The notes: generated by a model from the sequence alone, not told the origin. A DNA stretch of 63,531 nucleotides, filler included, from Intoshia linei (GCA_001642005.1; 7 parts of 7 records of this genome joined end to end with filler, not necessarily neighbours in it), one strand, 5' to 3'. Counted from the first letter of the whole stretch, positions 12,651-30,294 are shown. Translations and numbers: made by a program.

Positions 12651-12750
12651 NNNNNNNNNNNNNNNNNNNNNNNNNNNNNNNNNNNNNNNNNNNNTTAATT
12701 AATTAANNNNNNNNNNNNNNNNNNNNNNNNNNNNNNNNNNNNNNNNNNNN
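12651..12750. other. Scaffold gap with artificial TTAATTAATTAA linker (also at 34973, 39045, 53098, 58811 and 61181)
   Basis: An identical 100-nt N44-linker-N44 layout occurs six times. Confidence 0.97.
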
Positions 12751-13724
12751 TCCAATGAATCTTGCATACATATTTAATTTCCAAAATTTTTAATGTCTGT
12801 ACAAAATATTTATTTTTAAGTTCGTATTTTATATTGAAGTACTGACATTTGGATCAATGTGATAATATATTATTTATTTGTTATTATGAGTTCCCAATAA
12901 TTCCAATTTTATTTTAAATTCCAATCTATCCAATTTAATTCATTTTACACAAAATCCTAAGTATAACAGTTAACCCTCATGATGTTGGACTACAAAATTA
13001 TTCAAAATTCAAAGATATTCATGTTCGCCTCGGTTCATATGATTGTCTCTAATTTAACGGTTCAAAATACTATTAAACCATTTAATTGAGTTAAACCTAT
13101 TTAAGATTAAATTACGATTATTTAATTAATTTTTTTTAACTGTCAGTTTTTTCTTTTCCGACTCAATACGGCTATAACCGGTGCATAGTTACAGTTAAGT
13201 CTAATATTCCGATCAGTAGCTACGATTAATGAGAACATTTCTATGGGAAATGTATGAAATGATTCAAAAAATTAGCCATAATTATACTTTTCAGAGCAGA
13301 CAATTTCGGCGCTGATTTAACATAACATTCCATTAAACAATACTCATGTAACGTATAAAAAATTGAAATAGGTAAAAAAATAAGCATAATGTAACTTTCA
13401 GTAGTATTCTTAGAATTAATCCACAGAAACGTATGATAGACACAATATATACTTGAATGATTTTAATTAATTCAAGAAATAACAATCCCTGCTTAGACTC
13501 AATCTTACACGCCCAAATTGACTTAATATTTTAATTAAATCATTAAATATGATTATTAAATTTTTACTTTAATTAATGTTTAAATTCATAAACTTAATAA
13601 ATCTTGCATATTATCATACAGATTAATAAACATTGAGCCTTACAATTAATATTATTATTGTACTAATGTTCTCCCAGTTACTTGACTTTGGTTACCATAA
13701 AGTATCGATTATGCATTTCTATAA

Positions 13725-14359
13725 ATGAACGACTATTACGAGGAATCTACATTTTCAATTTGGCAGTCTCGCGTATTAAAAACTGTAGGAGTTGTAGTGT
13801 CCTTGGGTATTATTTAATTGTAATGATACATGTATAATTATTTTAATGTAGTTGCCATAATATGCGGCATAACTGCTTGTATATTATCAACGCCGACTTG
13901 CATACTTGCTGGGATATTTCAAATGTACTTTTAAATTAAAGTCACATAAAAATTTAAAACATTGTATAGAATCGCTGGCCTAATGGTACTAATATTTGAA
14001 ATGCCTTTTCTTTTCCGATTTGTTGCATTTACTACCCCTGTGGCAGACTTTGCTGAAGCTAGATCTATGCTTCAAAAAGGCATAGCCTTTTGTGTGTAAT
14101 TTTTTAAAGTAATACATTATAATTATATTTTCAGTGGAGGTACTATTCCCATAATTATGTGCGCAACAGCTAGTACTGGCATAGGTTCTGGTTTAATTTT
14201 ACTCTTTGGAATTGTTTACATTGTCATGTCAATTAGAGGGTATTTAATAACTAATAGTGTGTAGCAAAAATTAGATCAAGAAATACAAATGAAAACATAG
14301 ATAATGTACCCAATGATACAATGGGTGGAGTTGATGGTGCTTCCATGCCATACAATTAA
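13725..14359 (+). CDS. CACFD1: Calcium channel Flower homolog, 5 exons, about 156 aa
   Basis: Exons 13725-13806, 13852-13924, 13970-14095, 14135-14239 and 14275-14359, with GT-AG introns of 45, 45, 39 and 35 nt. Protein: WQSRVLKTVG..CILAGIFQIIAGLMVLIFEMPFLFRFV..ARSMLQKGIAFC..IPIIMC..GSGLILLFGIVY. Confidence 0.88.
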
Positions 14360-14401
14360 TTATATAATCTATGTGTATATGTAATAAATATATCCTAATG
14401 T

Positions 14402-15456
14402 TTATTGGAAAAATTGGTGATATACAAGGTAGTTGTTCGATTGGGGGATTATAATGTAATTTTCATTACGAAAATAATGTTTTTTCATAAAATGTATTAG
14501 TTTATTTGATGGTCTATCTATAGGCAGTTTTAATGGTAATACTTTTTCTTGTTTTATTACATGGTCAAGTAACATTTTACCGTTTCCTAGGCGTTGGTAT
14601 TTTTCTATTATATAAAAATCCAATAAACAAATTGAATTGTACATTTGAAGGTTATTTTTTGTGTCATACAAGTATAGTTTCTTTTCTCCAACTTTGATAA
14701 ATCCAATTAGAATACTAAAAAATAAAAATCGATACAATCGTGATAAACATAACTATGTTAAACTTGGACAATCAATTTTACTAGATTATAAAGTCAAGTT
14801 AGTCTTAACGGAATTAATTACCAATACATATAAAAATTTTAAATAAGTAGACTCGTATTCATTTTTTTAAATATGAGAATAATAAGTTGACTAATCCATA
14901 TTTCGATATTTTCAAAATTAATAAAAATATTTTTACTAAATGTTAAAAAAACGTGCAACTTATTCTTGGTTTACAAAATCGTCGATTCGTGAGATTCATG
15001 TATATATGTATATAAAAATAATAGAAAATTAATTTTAGATTGATTCATCCAAATTTATAAAGTTTTTGAAAGGTTAATTCAAAGGTTAAAAGTGAATCTT
15101 TTATAATAAAAATCAAATAGAGTGGAAAGTTAAATTGTTAAAATTAAAAAAAGATTACATTTTATTTTCATCCTTTTCTGATAAAACATAAAGACGATTA
15201 TTGGTGTTAAGAATGTCAAATCTAGTTGTAACAGGTTTATTTAAATTTTGAGCTCGAGCGGATTCTCGGCCAAGTATGTCAAGTATAGAATACAATTGTT
15301 CATTTTTTTTCCTAAAATTAAATAAATAAAAGTTTTTTTTTAATACGATTCGTATCCATTATCTCTATTAATGTACCCAATTTTTGGAATGTTTAACGTG
15401 TGGAAAAGGGTAATTTTATTCTTGAAGTAATGAGCCAAATTTTCTGAAACTTCCAT
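14402..15456 (-). CDS. ATAT1: Alpha-tubulin N-acetyltransferase 1 (MEC-17), 3 exons, about 181 aa
   Basis: Exons 15456-15377, 15311-15159 and 14714-14402. Motifs ILDILGRESARAQ, GFIKVGEKKL, CLLDFY, QRLGNG, IDRPS, PQSNNY. Confidence 0.95.
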
Positions 15457-16083
15457 TTATTTGTAACATACATTTGTTAAAATTTTAATTAAAAGTATTA
15501 CACTGAATTTTAAATTTAAATCATTCAATTTTAAAATAGTGCTTAACGATCGTTGCATCATAAACAAATCTAATAACATTTATACATTTTTTCTTGTTTA
15601 TTTTAATACCATGCCAATTTTCCAATTTTTTTTTAATTGAGGTAATTATATTTGTTTCCTTGGAGACATTGATGAATATAGCAATGAAAAAATTTCACAG
15701 TCGATCCTTAGGTAAATATAGCCCAAGTCACTTTTCCAAGCATATGGAACTGGAAATTTTAACTTGAGCACACAAAATTAGTTGATATTCAAGAATTTCA
15801 TTTTTCTAAATGCTCCATTTTGACAAATGAAGCCCTCACAGATGGTCTCAGAGTGCAGATTACTGAAAATGTTCACGGATTTGTATTACAAACGATAACT
15901 CTAATATACATATAATTAATTTAATTACTTTACTATATCAATTATGATGTTAACAAGTTTAATCATGCATGATTTATTCAAAGATAAAATTGATACATTT
16001 TTTTAATTTAAAATATTACCTGTATCTGAATTATTTATAATTGCGCCTATTTACAAATATTGTTATACATAAAATATAATATA

Positions 16084-18878
16084 CTAGCTTGACTGTTATG
16101 TATTACGTACAAACAGCACCTAGCTCTGCCGAGGGCACATTTTTATTATACCAAAAAAATAAATTCACGTTGAAAATCTAACTTAAAAATTCTACTATTC
16201 ACTATTATGAATCCTTTAAAGGAGTGGCTCCCAAATTTGTTTCAGGTAGAACCATCATATCACATTACTTTTTACTTTAAAGTGAATTATGTTAATTTTT
16301 TGTTTGTTAACATTGGCGTAAAGAATTTTAAAAACAATTGTTATCCCATTTTTTTAATTTATTAGACAGAATGTGTCTATAATATTAAAAATAAAGTAAA
16401 AACAGTCCAATCCTAAAAATTGTCATAAATAGCATAAATTCCAGAAAAAATAAAATTAAGAAACCTATTTTGTCATTTTCAATGTGATGACATATATTCA
16501 GTATCAATTTAATAAATAAATCCTAAAAATTGTCATAAATAGCATAAATTCCAGAAAAAATAAAATTATAAACTATTTTGTTATTTTGAGTGTGATGATT
16601 AGGGAAATTTTTTAAATAACCTATATAATAAAAAAAAATAACCTAACGACTGATTTTTAGTAACTTTTAGCTATTATTAGTAACTTTAAAAAATTTTTTT
16701 TGTATACAACTCTAATTTGAATCTTGTTAACTTCAATCGATTAATTTTCGTTTTTTCCAGGTATTTTTTGTTTTTATTTCGTACCATTTGAAAATTCAAA
16801 ATATTTACTGAAATTATTTTTCTCTAAAAAAATAACTTTCTATTGTAAACCTTCAAGAATGTTTTTCATACTTAATATTCAGATATATTCAATATACCAA
16901 ATATTAATTTAAATTAAGAAAATTAAACTATGCAAATGGATAATTAATCGAGTATTTATTGTTGTGATACAAAATGTGTTTTGATATTTTCAGGTGCTAA
17001 TCGTCTCTGTTAAGTTACCATTTTTTTTAACAGACTAAAACTTCTTTCTATGCTGACGGATGTAGAAGGAGCGTTCCTTAGAGAATAATATAATATTGGG
17101 GATTTGTTTAAATCTAAATTATTCATAATGGCATATATGTCGTTTTTCGTTAGACGTTTATTAATATAATCCTTTATAATGCAGGGATCCGAATGAAAGA
17201 ACAAATTACATAATACATTGTACCTTTTCTATACTAAATGACGATTCTTGAGTCATTTCTATTACATTTAACAGAGATAAAAATGTACATATTTGAATCA
17301 AATCATTGTCTAATCCAAGTTGGTTGACAGCCGCTTTAGCTCGATTTATTATTAAATCATTAAATAAGGCCTTAATCTTAGAGTTGTTCAGTTTATAGAG
17401 TGGAATATCCGCAGATATAAATGCCTCTAAAATTTGGTCAATAAAATCATGAGACATTTTTAAAAATTTAAGTAGAGAAGGAGTATCGTTTGTCAATCTG
17501 TGTTTTTTTGTGTTTCTGTGAACTTTAATAAAGTGCATTTTTTCATAGGAAACAGTGCAATTGCAATTTATACAACTAAGTGAATTATCAGTTCTCTTGA
17601 ATTAATTAGGATACAGTCATTATGTTGTTCATTTTGAAATGAGGAGATTTTGTAGTTTTTGGCATGCTAAATGAATGTTTCATTGCATTTGCATCATTTC
17701 GTGATGATCAAAATTTTTCCTGTAAAAGTGAAACTTTTAAAATAAAATAGAAGTGTTTATTTTCAATTTCAAAAAAATAACTTTATTAACTTTATAAAAT
17801 TTTAATTAGCTAATTAATAAACATAATATTGGTATGATCATGCTTAGAATTGCATGCTAATTAACATATAAAAAATTAAATTTATTAACTTTTACTTGCC
17901 TTAGTGATGACATATATTCAGTATTAATTTAATAAATACTCAAAAATACCAATTGTGTATCAATAATTAACTAAATCTTCACTTTATAAACATTTCAGTC
18001 GAATTTTACCATTATTGCAAAGAATTGTAATATAAAAATGATATTAACAAAGTTTTTTTAGTTTCGTTGTTGTAGTTTCTTATTTAAATTTGAATGTTAT
18101 AATAAAATCGTTTTGAAAATTTGAAATTGAAAAATTGCGAAGGAATGAATTATATAGATTTTCACCCATATGTCTTTATTGAAAATGTGTAGACGTACAA
18201 TGCACTTTTTTTTTTAAATTGTAGGATTATTTACATTTTCACTTTTTGATTTTTGTTAATCGAAATATTGAAAAAATATTGTTGATAATATATTAAAAAT
18301 TGTTTTTCACCAGGAATGCGTAGATATTTGAAGTTGAAATTTTGTATTTATATCAACTGGAATAGGCTTTATCAGAATAATTTTTTTTTTGAATTTTCGG
18401 ACCTTTAATTATTTCACATTTTTTGTTTTAATAAAATATTTCGAAAAAAAATATATGAAAATTAAATGCTTTTTTTGATAGTCAAGTCGTTACTTATTCG
18501 GATTGACATTTTTTATGTGTGTTAACAGGATACAACTGTACCACCTGTAAATTTTTAAAATTCTAGGGCTGTTTGCATTAAAAAAAGAAGAGTAATTTGG
18601 GGTTTTGGCCCTGAAGATATAATTTTTTTAAATTTAAATTTAGTATAATGTTTATGATTTTAAAATCCGCATCAGCGTATATATTTTTTTAAATTCTGCA
18701 ACTCGTTTGATTTTCAAAAAGAGGGACAACTGGGTTTTTTAACCTGTAAGATGTGAAACTCGGAGGTTGAAATTTATCTTATTCTACGCCTGGAAAAAAG
18801 TCTAAGAGTGCTAGTTATTTTAAAAAAGTAACACAAACAGACAAACAAAAATGGCGTCGCATTATATATAAGTTAGGA
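16084..18878 (-). mobile_element. Complete non-autonomous Helitron (about 1.5 kb of its own sequence) with a nested hAT
   Basis: Minus strand starts A^TCCTAACTTATATATAATGCG and ends with hairpin CTGTTTGTAC-GTA-ATACATAACAG then CTAG^T. No TSD. Internal 110-bp tandem unit. Confidence 0.8.
16600..17903 (-). mobile_element. Internally deleted hAT transposon (CGGBP1-like transposase)
   Basis: 8-bp TSD GTGATGAT/GTGATGAC; ends TAGGG...CCTTA. BED-like finger CINC...H..TKKH, AFISADIPLYKLNN, and C-terminal APSTSVSIERSFS. Confidence 0.8.
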
Positions 18879-18879
18879 T

Positions 18880-19311
18880 GGCACATAGTTATTATGGTTG
18901 GCTACAATGGATCTACATTTCGTGGAATTTAATGTAAATTTTGACGTTTATACAAATATATTGTGTAAATCATATATGCCGTTCCATCAAACCGGGTATA
19001 TATTGATGCAAGATAATGCTAGACCTCACATTTCTACTATAACTTTGGATTTTTTAAGGAAAATAACATATCGGTACTTGATTGACCACCTTATACTCCT
19101 GATTGTAATTCAATTGAAAATCTATAGGCTATAATGGTTTGCTGTCTATACCCTGGCAGCAAGGTCTACCGTAGTCTTGACAAATTAAAAGCTGAAATTG
19201 ATATTATTTGGGACTCGCTGGAAGTTGATGAAATTCGATGATTGGTTCAATCCTTTCCGTCAAAATTAACTGAAGTTGTAGAAAATGAAGGTTGGAATAT
19301 ACGTAATTATT
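18880..19311 (+). mobile_element. Tc1/mariner transposase relic
   Basis: LMQDNARPH, then frameshifted PPYTPDCNSIENL and a helical C-terminus. Confidence 0.75.
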
Positions 19312-19436
19312 AGTAATTAAAAGTTTGTATTTATAAGATGTTTTTTTTTGCATTTATATACACATTTCACATAGTTTTGGCAAATTTTTTAATTGTGAAA
19401 ATTTTAATTGCTAATTATATTTTAATTGATAGATTA

Positions 19437-20563
19437 CACTAGACAACAAAAAAAGATTTTTTTTCTTGCATCAAAAATATTTTTATACTGTCTTGTAGAA
19501 CACAATGAAAAAAATATTTTTACATGATTTTTGTATTTCAGATATGTCGCATTAATTAATTATTGACAATATAAATTTAAATTAAACCTAATAAAATAAA
19601 TAATGTTTATATTGGTTTTGCGGTTTTTCCATATATTTGGGAAAAACTCCTCTTTATGGATTAAAAAATGGCTAATAAATATTTGGAATATTTATATTTA
19701 CTATATATATGATAATTCGATAGCAAAATAATATAATAAATAACTAAAAATTAATATTTTTGACTAATTAACCCTCAATATTAATGTCCGTTTCTTGCGT
19801 CATATATGTAATGTATGCAATAAATAAACCACAATTAAGCGCATCGAATGATGTATATGGTTATATGCAGCTCTGTCGAATTTTTTAATAGAAGTCGATG
19901 TAAGTTTCAAAATAAATAAATAAAAACAACATATATACAAAAAAATAAGCTAATTAATATTTTTAATTGTCCACAAATAATCGCCAAGCATTATTTGGTG
20001 CTACCGCTTTTCAAAAATTTTTATAGTTTGATGAAAACGTTCACCGTGTTCGTTCCTTACGGTTATGTAATTTATAGGTAATCTATCACTATGACTTTCT
20101 ATGAGGTGCATTTTGGGACTATAGAGGAAGCCCATTATTTGATAGGATTTGAAAAAAGTTTTTAGTAAATTATTAATTTTTTCAGTTGATTTTTGTGGGC
20201 TCCAACTATTAAAACAAATACTGCGATTGTAGGTAAGTTTGTATTTCTCTTGCATCAATTTATTAGTTGTATTATAGATTCTAGAATCTAGACGATTTAA
20301 ATACATATATTCCACAAATATAACAATAGTTGTCAGAAAAGCATTGCATTATTTAAAAAATTAATACAATCAAGTACGAATAAAACTTTATATTAGTATT
20401 TTTTTATAGAAATAAAGATTAATCCAATTAACTGGGGTTTTCACTAATAATTTCTAAAATTGATATGATCGAATCATAAGATGTATATCATCATGATGAG
20501 ATTTAAATTCTCATTCTTTTAATGTATAAATTTTATTGACGCATTTTTTATTGTAGTCTAGTG
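19437..20563 (-). mobile_element. Chapaev3 (CMC superfamily) deletion derivative with both ends intact
   Basis: TIRs CACTAGACAACAAAAAA / CACTAGACTACAATAAAAAA and a 3-bp TTA TSD on both sides. Remnant SPKMHLIESH...EHGERFHQTIK...MLGDYLW. Confidence 0.8.
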
Positions 20564-20664
20564 TTATTTTTTATAAATTTTTGCATACAATAATTATAAC
20601 ATAAAAATATTCATATATTGCATTAATAACCTATATGGTAATTCAAAAATACCATTATTTGAAG

Positions 20665-21045
20665 AAATTATTATTTTTTCTGGAATTTATGCTATTTATG
20701 ATAATTTTTAGGATTGGACTGTTTTTACTTTATTTTTAATATTATACACATTTTCTGTCTAATAAATTAAATATCATGGGATAATAATTGTTTTTAAAAT
20801 TCTTTACGCAAATGTTAATAAAACAAAATTAAGATGGAATAATTCACTTTAAAGTAAAAAGTAATGTGATATGATAGCTGCACCTGAAACAAATTTTGGA
20901 ACCACTCCAATAAAGGATTGATAATAGTTAATAGTAGGATTTTTAAGTTAGATTTTTTACGTGAATTTATTTTTTTGATATAATAAAATAGTGCCCTCGG
21001 CAGATCTAGGTGCTGTTTGTACGTAGTACATAACAGTCAACATAG
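20665..21045 (+). mobile_element. Helitron family, 3' part
   Basis: Reverse complement of about 16084-16450; hairpin CTGTTTGTAC-GTA-GTACATAACAG with a mutated terminal CATAG. Confidence 0.8.
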
Positions 21046-21727
21046 TAATTTATAATACAGTATAGCAGAATTACCCAAAGTGGGCGATTTTAAAAAATAT
21101 GATATTGTATATAATAATATAGAGTGGGAGTTGATGAATTTTTTGTTTGTAAGGGGAGCTTTTTATCGCCATATAAACGAATTCAAATATAATTATGAAT
21201 TAAATTAAATACCATTACTGTGGTATTGTATATTAAACTTACTGTAGCGAAAACATACCGATCGCAAACAGAACTACAACATGTATTAAAGTAAATGTAT
21301 TACTAATCGTTTAAAAAATATTGGTAAAGAGGATATTAATCAAGAAATGAAAACCACATCAACTGTAATATCATTTAAAATACAAGATTGCTGAAAAGTA
21401 TTAAAAAACTAGTCCAATATTTTCAAATAATCAATACAATACAATTAAAAATATAACAAATATATTGATTTATTAATGACCTTAAAAATATTCAATTTGA
21501 TAACATAATCGAAATTGAATTTATAAATTGGCTAAATAGATTTAAATGAATACTGAATATCTAGCTTATTTATTGAATATATGGGTGAAAACTTTATCCA
21601 TAAAATTAGTATTAAAACTACCCACGTAGAAACAAAAAATATCTTATTTTCTATTTAAATATTTGTTTTTTACTTATCTGTAATCTCCTAAACAACTTGC
21701 TTTTCATTCTAGCAAATTTATTATAAT

Positions 21728-23055
21728 ATGCTTACTAAAGAATACAGAATACCTCTACCAATGTCTCTTGAAGACTATCGAATCGGGCAATTGTATATGA
21801 TTCAAAAGAAGACAAAGGAAAGCCATTCCTCAAAAGTTCAAATTGAAATATTAGGTAATGTTTTTATGTGATATAAATATAAATCATTTTTTATTCTGTC
21901 ACATGTTCACAAACTATATATATCCGTGATTTTTAAATCAACACACGATTTATATTTCATGACTCATGAAATAATGATGTTAGGATGCTTCTTAAGAAAG
22001 GAATATGAAAAAAATAATATTAATAATAATTGTAATACAGTATTATAAAAAGTTTTAAAAATTTCATTTTACTTTAATTTTTAATTTTCAAATAAATTAT
22101 ATATTTTAGTAAATGAACCCTATGAAAATAAAGAAAAAAACGAAAAAGGACAATATACACATAAAATTTACATTTTAACAGATATGCTACCATATTGGAT
22201 CCGTAAAGTAATTGGATTGGAAAGAGTGCAAGTCGATGAACATGCTTGGAATTGTTATCCGTATACCCGAACCGAATACAATTGCAGCTTGTCAAAAAGT
22301 TTTTCATTGACAATTGAAACCAAGTATTTACCAGATGGTGGAGAAAGTGAAAATGTTTTAAAAATGGAGCAAGAAAAATTAAATTTATGTGAAACAGTTT
22401 TAATAGATATAGTTAATCATAAAAACGATATTCGAAATTTAAAAAAGGAAGAGGATCCTACTTTATTTATTTCCAAAAATAATCCTTCAAAATGCCCTTT
22501 AACAAAAAATTGGCTAACTGAAATTTTAGAAAAGACCAAATCGATGCGGGATGATTCAAGCCTATCGGAAGAAGAAAAAGCTAATAAAATTCCAATTATG
22601 TGCGCTTACAAGCTAGTCAGCGTCAATTTTTCAGGGTATAATTGAGCATTTTATATTACATTAGTGTTTTCCAATTTAATTACGGTGGATCAGCATAAAT
22701 TTATTTTTGAATTCATTTGAATTAAGATTTTAAAATTAAATCAGACATGTCACATAAATTTTTCTGCTAAAAAACTAAACCACTAGTGGTTCATGGGTAA
22801 CTGTGCTAATCACTGTATTACTAGTTTGGAATTTTATTTAAAAAGGTATCTAGAATTTGGGGACTACAAAGAAAAATTGAAGAATATATTCTCGAATACG
22901 GAATTCGGCGCACTATTCTACATGGACACTTGCAAGCCTGGGTCTGGCAAGATGAATTTCATGGTATATCATTAGAACAAATTAGAAAAATGGAAAAAGA
23001 AACTGCCACTTATCTTCAGAAATGCAATCTAGATGAATTAAAAGATGAAAACTAA
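21728..23055 (+). CDS. Phosphatidylinositol transfer protein, single class II (RdgB-like) domain, 3 exons
   Basis: Exons 21728-21854, 22110-22635 and 22854-23055. Motifs KEYRIPLP, GQLYMIQKK, GQYTHK, EHAWNCYPYTRT, MCAYKL, WGLQ.KIE, QAWVWQDEF. Confidence 0.93.
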
Positions 23056-23138
23056 ACGTTAGTTTATACATTTCATTTTCATAGTTTTACAAAATATTTA
23101 ATATTAAAAGCCACTTGTACATGTAAATTAATAGATTA

Positions 23139-28097
<4,959 letters not shown>

Positions 28098-28659
28098 TTC
28101 AGTTATGATCAAATTAATAAATCTATAAATACAACCACGTGCTATAAATACATCCTTGCATCACTACAATATTTTTTACATATTTATTAAAATTTTGAAA
28201 TATATAAATGAAAACAATTATTTTTATCTCATTCGTCTTACAAGCCCTTTTTTGCATGATACTTTTGTTTTTTCAACATTTCTAAATATTAATAAATAAA
28301 AATAAAATTAAATATACACGTAGTTACAAGTATATTATTATTAATGTTATCATGTATTGAGTATTTTGACACATCTAAAAAAGTCAACAGGAAACTATTT
28401 TTAGTGAAAACATTGACGTTTCAATTGATAATAATAAGCACATAGTATTTTAAAATTTCAATCATAGAAAAAATAGTTTTTAAACAATAAAATATTAGTT
28501 TAGAATAGTTCCAGCCTTACTGGTATAAGGAAACTTTGTATTTAACAATTTAATAGATAGGTTTATAAATCGTGTATTTGAATTGAATCACTTTCCTAAA
28601 AACCAAGTTTAAAATTTGGAAAAAGAAAAATAATCTCAAACTATACTTTTTAAATGTTG

Positions 28660-29160
28660 ATAAAGAAATAGTTTTGAAATAAAAAAAAATAACTAAAGTG
28701 CTTTATTGATCGTGAAGGTGTCACTGTCATATTGAAATTTTTTGTGTGCTGACTGGATATAGCAGTATCATCTGTATTTTTTTAAAATTCTAGGGAGTTT
28801 TCATTTTTTAAAAAAAGAGTCATCTAAGGATTTTGATCGTAAAAATAAACTTTTTTAACGTTGCCATTTCGGATAATGATTATGATTTAAAAAAAAATTC
28901 AACAATTTGTTTTGTAAAATTCTATGACTTTTTTCATTATTACAAAAAAGGGTAATTTGTGGTTTTCGCCAATGAAGGTATAAAATTTTGAAATTTAAAT
29001 TTAAGATGTTGTTCATAATTTTAAAATCTGTATAAGATTGTATATTTTTTTAAAATCTAAAACTCGTTTAATTTTTTAAAAAAAGGATAATTGGGATACT
29101 TGACGTGGACGTGCTAAGTTTCTGAGGTTGAAATTTATCTTACTTATGCCGGAAAAATAT
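28660..29160 (-). mobile_element. Diverged internal Helitron-family fragment
   Basis: Shares AAAAGGGTAATTTGTGGTTTT..GAAG and GGTTGAAATTTATCTT motifs with the other copies. Confidence 0.6.
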
Positions 29161-29275
29161 ACAAGGTTTATTAATTATTAAAAGACTTTGAAAAGGACAC
29201 GGAATCTTAACGGACATAATAAAAAAAAAAAATTTTTTAAGTTTTACACCAATACACATCAACATATTTATTACC

Positions 29276-30294
29276 TTAAAACAGTGTTCTCAAGACCTTT
29301 TTTTGATTTCCCTTTTTGTTGGATCTGATTGTTTAAATGGGCCAAAAATAAAAAGTAAGTCAATTTTTTCAATTAAAAAAGCTAAATGGTTCACTAGTAG
29401 GCTATGTAGGCCAGATTGGGAAACATGCATTAAGATATCTATCGATACAAACGTTTGATTCTATAATTATTACAATAATTACAATATAATAATAATTCTA
29501 AAATACCCTCCAGCGTGAATACGAGTAATCATGCGAGCTCGTTCGTCATATTGAGAGTATGCATCTAAGAGTAATCTCGACGCAACTGGATTCAATGCTG
29601 ATGTAGGATTTGGTTCAATTAAAAGACATCGAATAACCTAAATAGTTATTAATTCGCCAACAAACACTTAAAATCTCAAACCTTCAAAATGTGTGACAAT
29701 CCTAAATTAGGATTCCAGTCTTTTTTCAGTGAATTAACACATACTTCGCCAGTTTCTTCCTTAATATTTGGATGAAATATTTTTGTCAAAAAAAAAGCGG
29801 CAGGTGGTTCTTCGGGATAGGAATCATTAAATTCAATTTGAACAGAAAACGTTCCACCTTCAAATGGTGTTGCTTCTAAAATAAATTGACTATTAAATTT
29901 TACTACCAATTAATAATGTAGCATCAACCTCTAAATTGATTAAAATTTTATTGATCTGATTATGATATTTGTAACGTAATCGTGTGTAATTGTTGTTATA
30001 ATCGATGCTTCCTTACCAATTCAATACATTTAAAAATTTTGTTTACCCATGACTTAGCTGACCAAACGAAAAATTACACCGCAAGAGAAAAAAAGCAGAA
30101 AATAGTTGAGTCAAAATTAATCAAAATTACTTTTATAGATTGATTAAAATATAAGAATAAGTATTATTACCTGGTCCCTGAATAAACGCGTTTATTTTAT
30201 TTAAATTGTCATATGTGATATAAATGTCTTGAATTGGGTTTTCATGTAATTCTGTAATATCTCTTAATAATTTACTATACAATCTTTGAGACAT
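29276..30294 (-). CDS. UBE2S: Ubiquitin-conjugating enzyme E2 S, 4 exons
   Basis: Exons 30294-30171, 29875-29682, 29637-29507 and 29324-29276. Motifs [48 protein letters not shown], and a basic tail KKVLRTLF. Confidence 0.92.

Noticed and set aside
12695-12706. TTAATTAATTAA palindrome recurring six times
   Set aside because: It is always centred in a 100-nt N-gap, so it is an artificial all-frame-stop scaffold linker.
22793-22975. 60-aa ORF
   Set aside because: It overlaps PITP exon 3 in the wrong frame.
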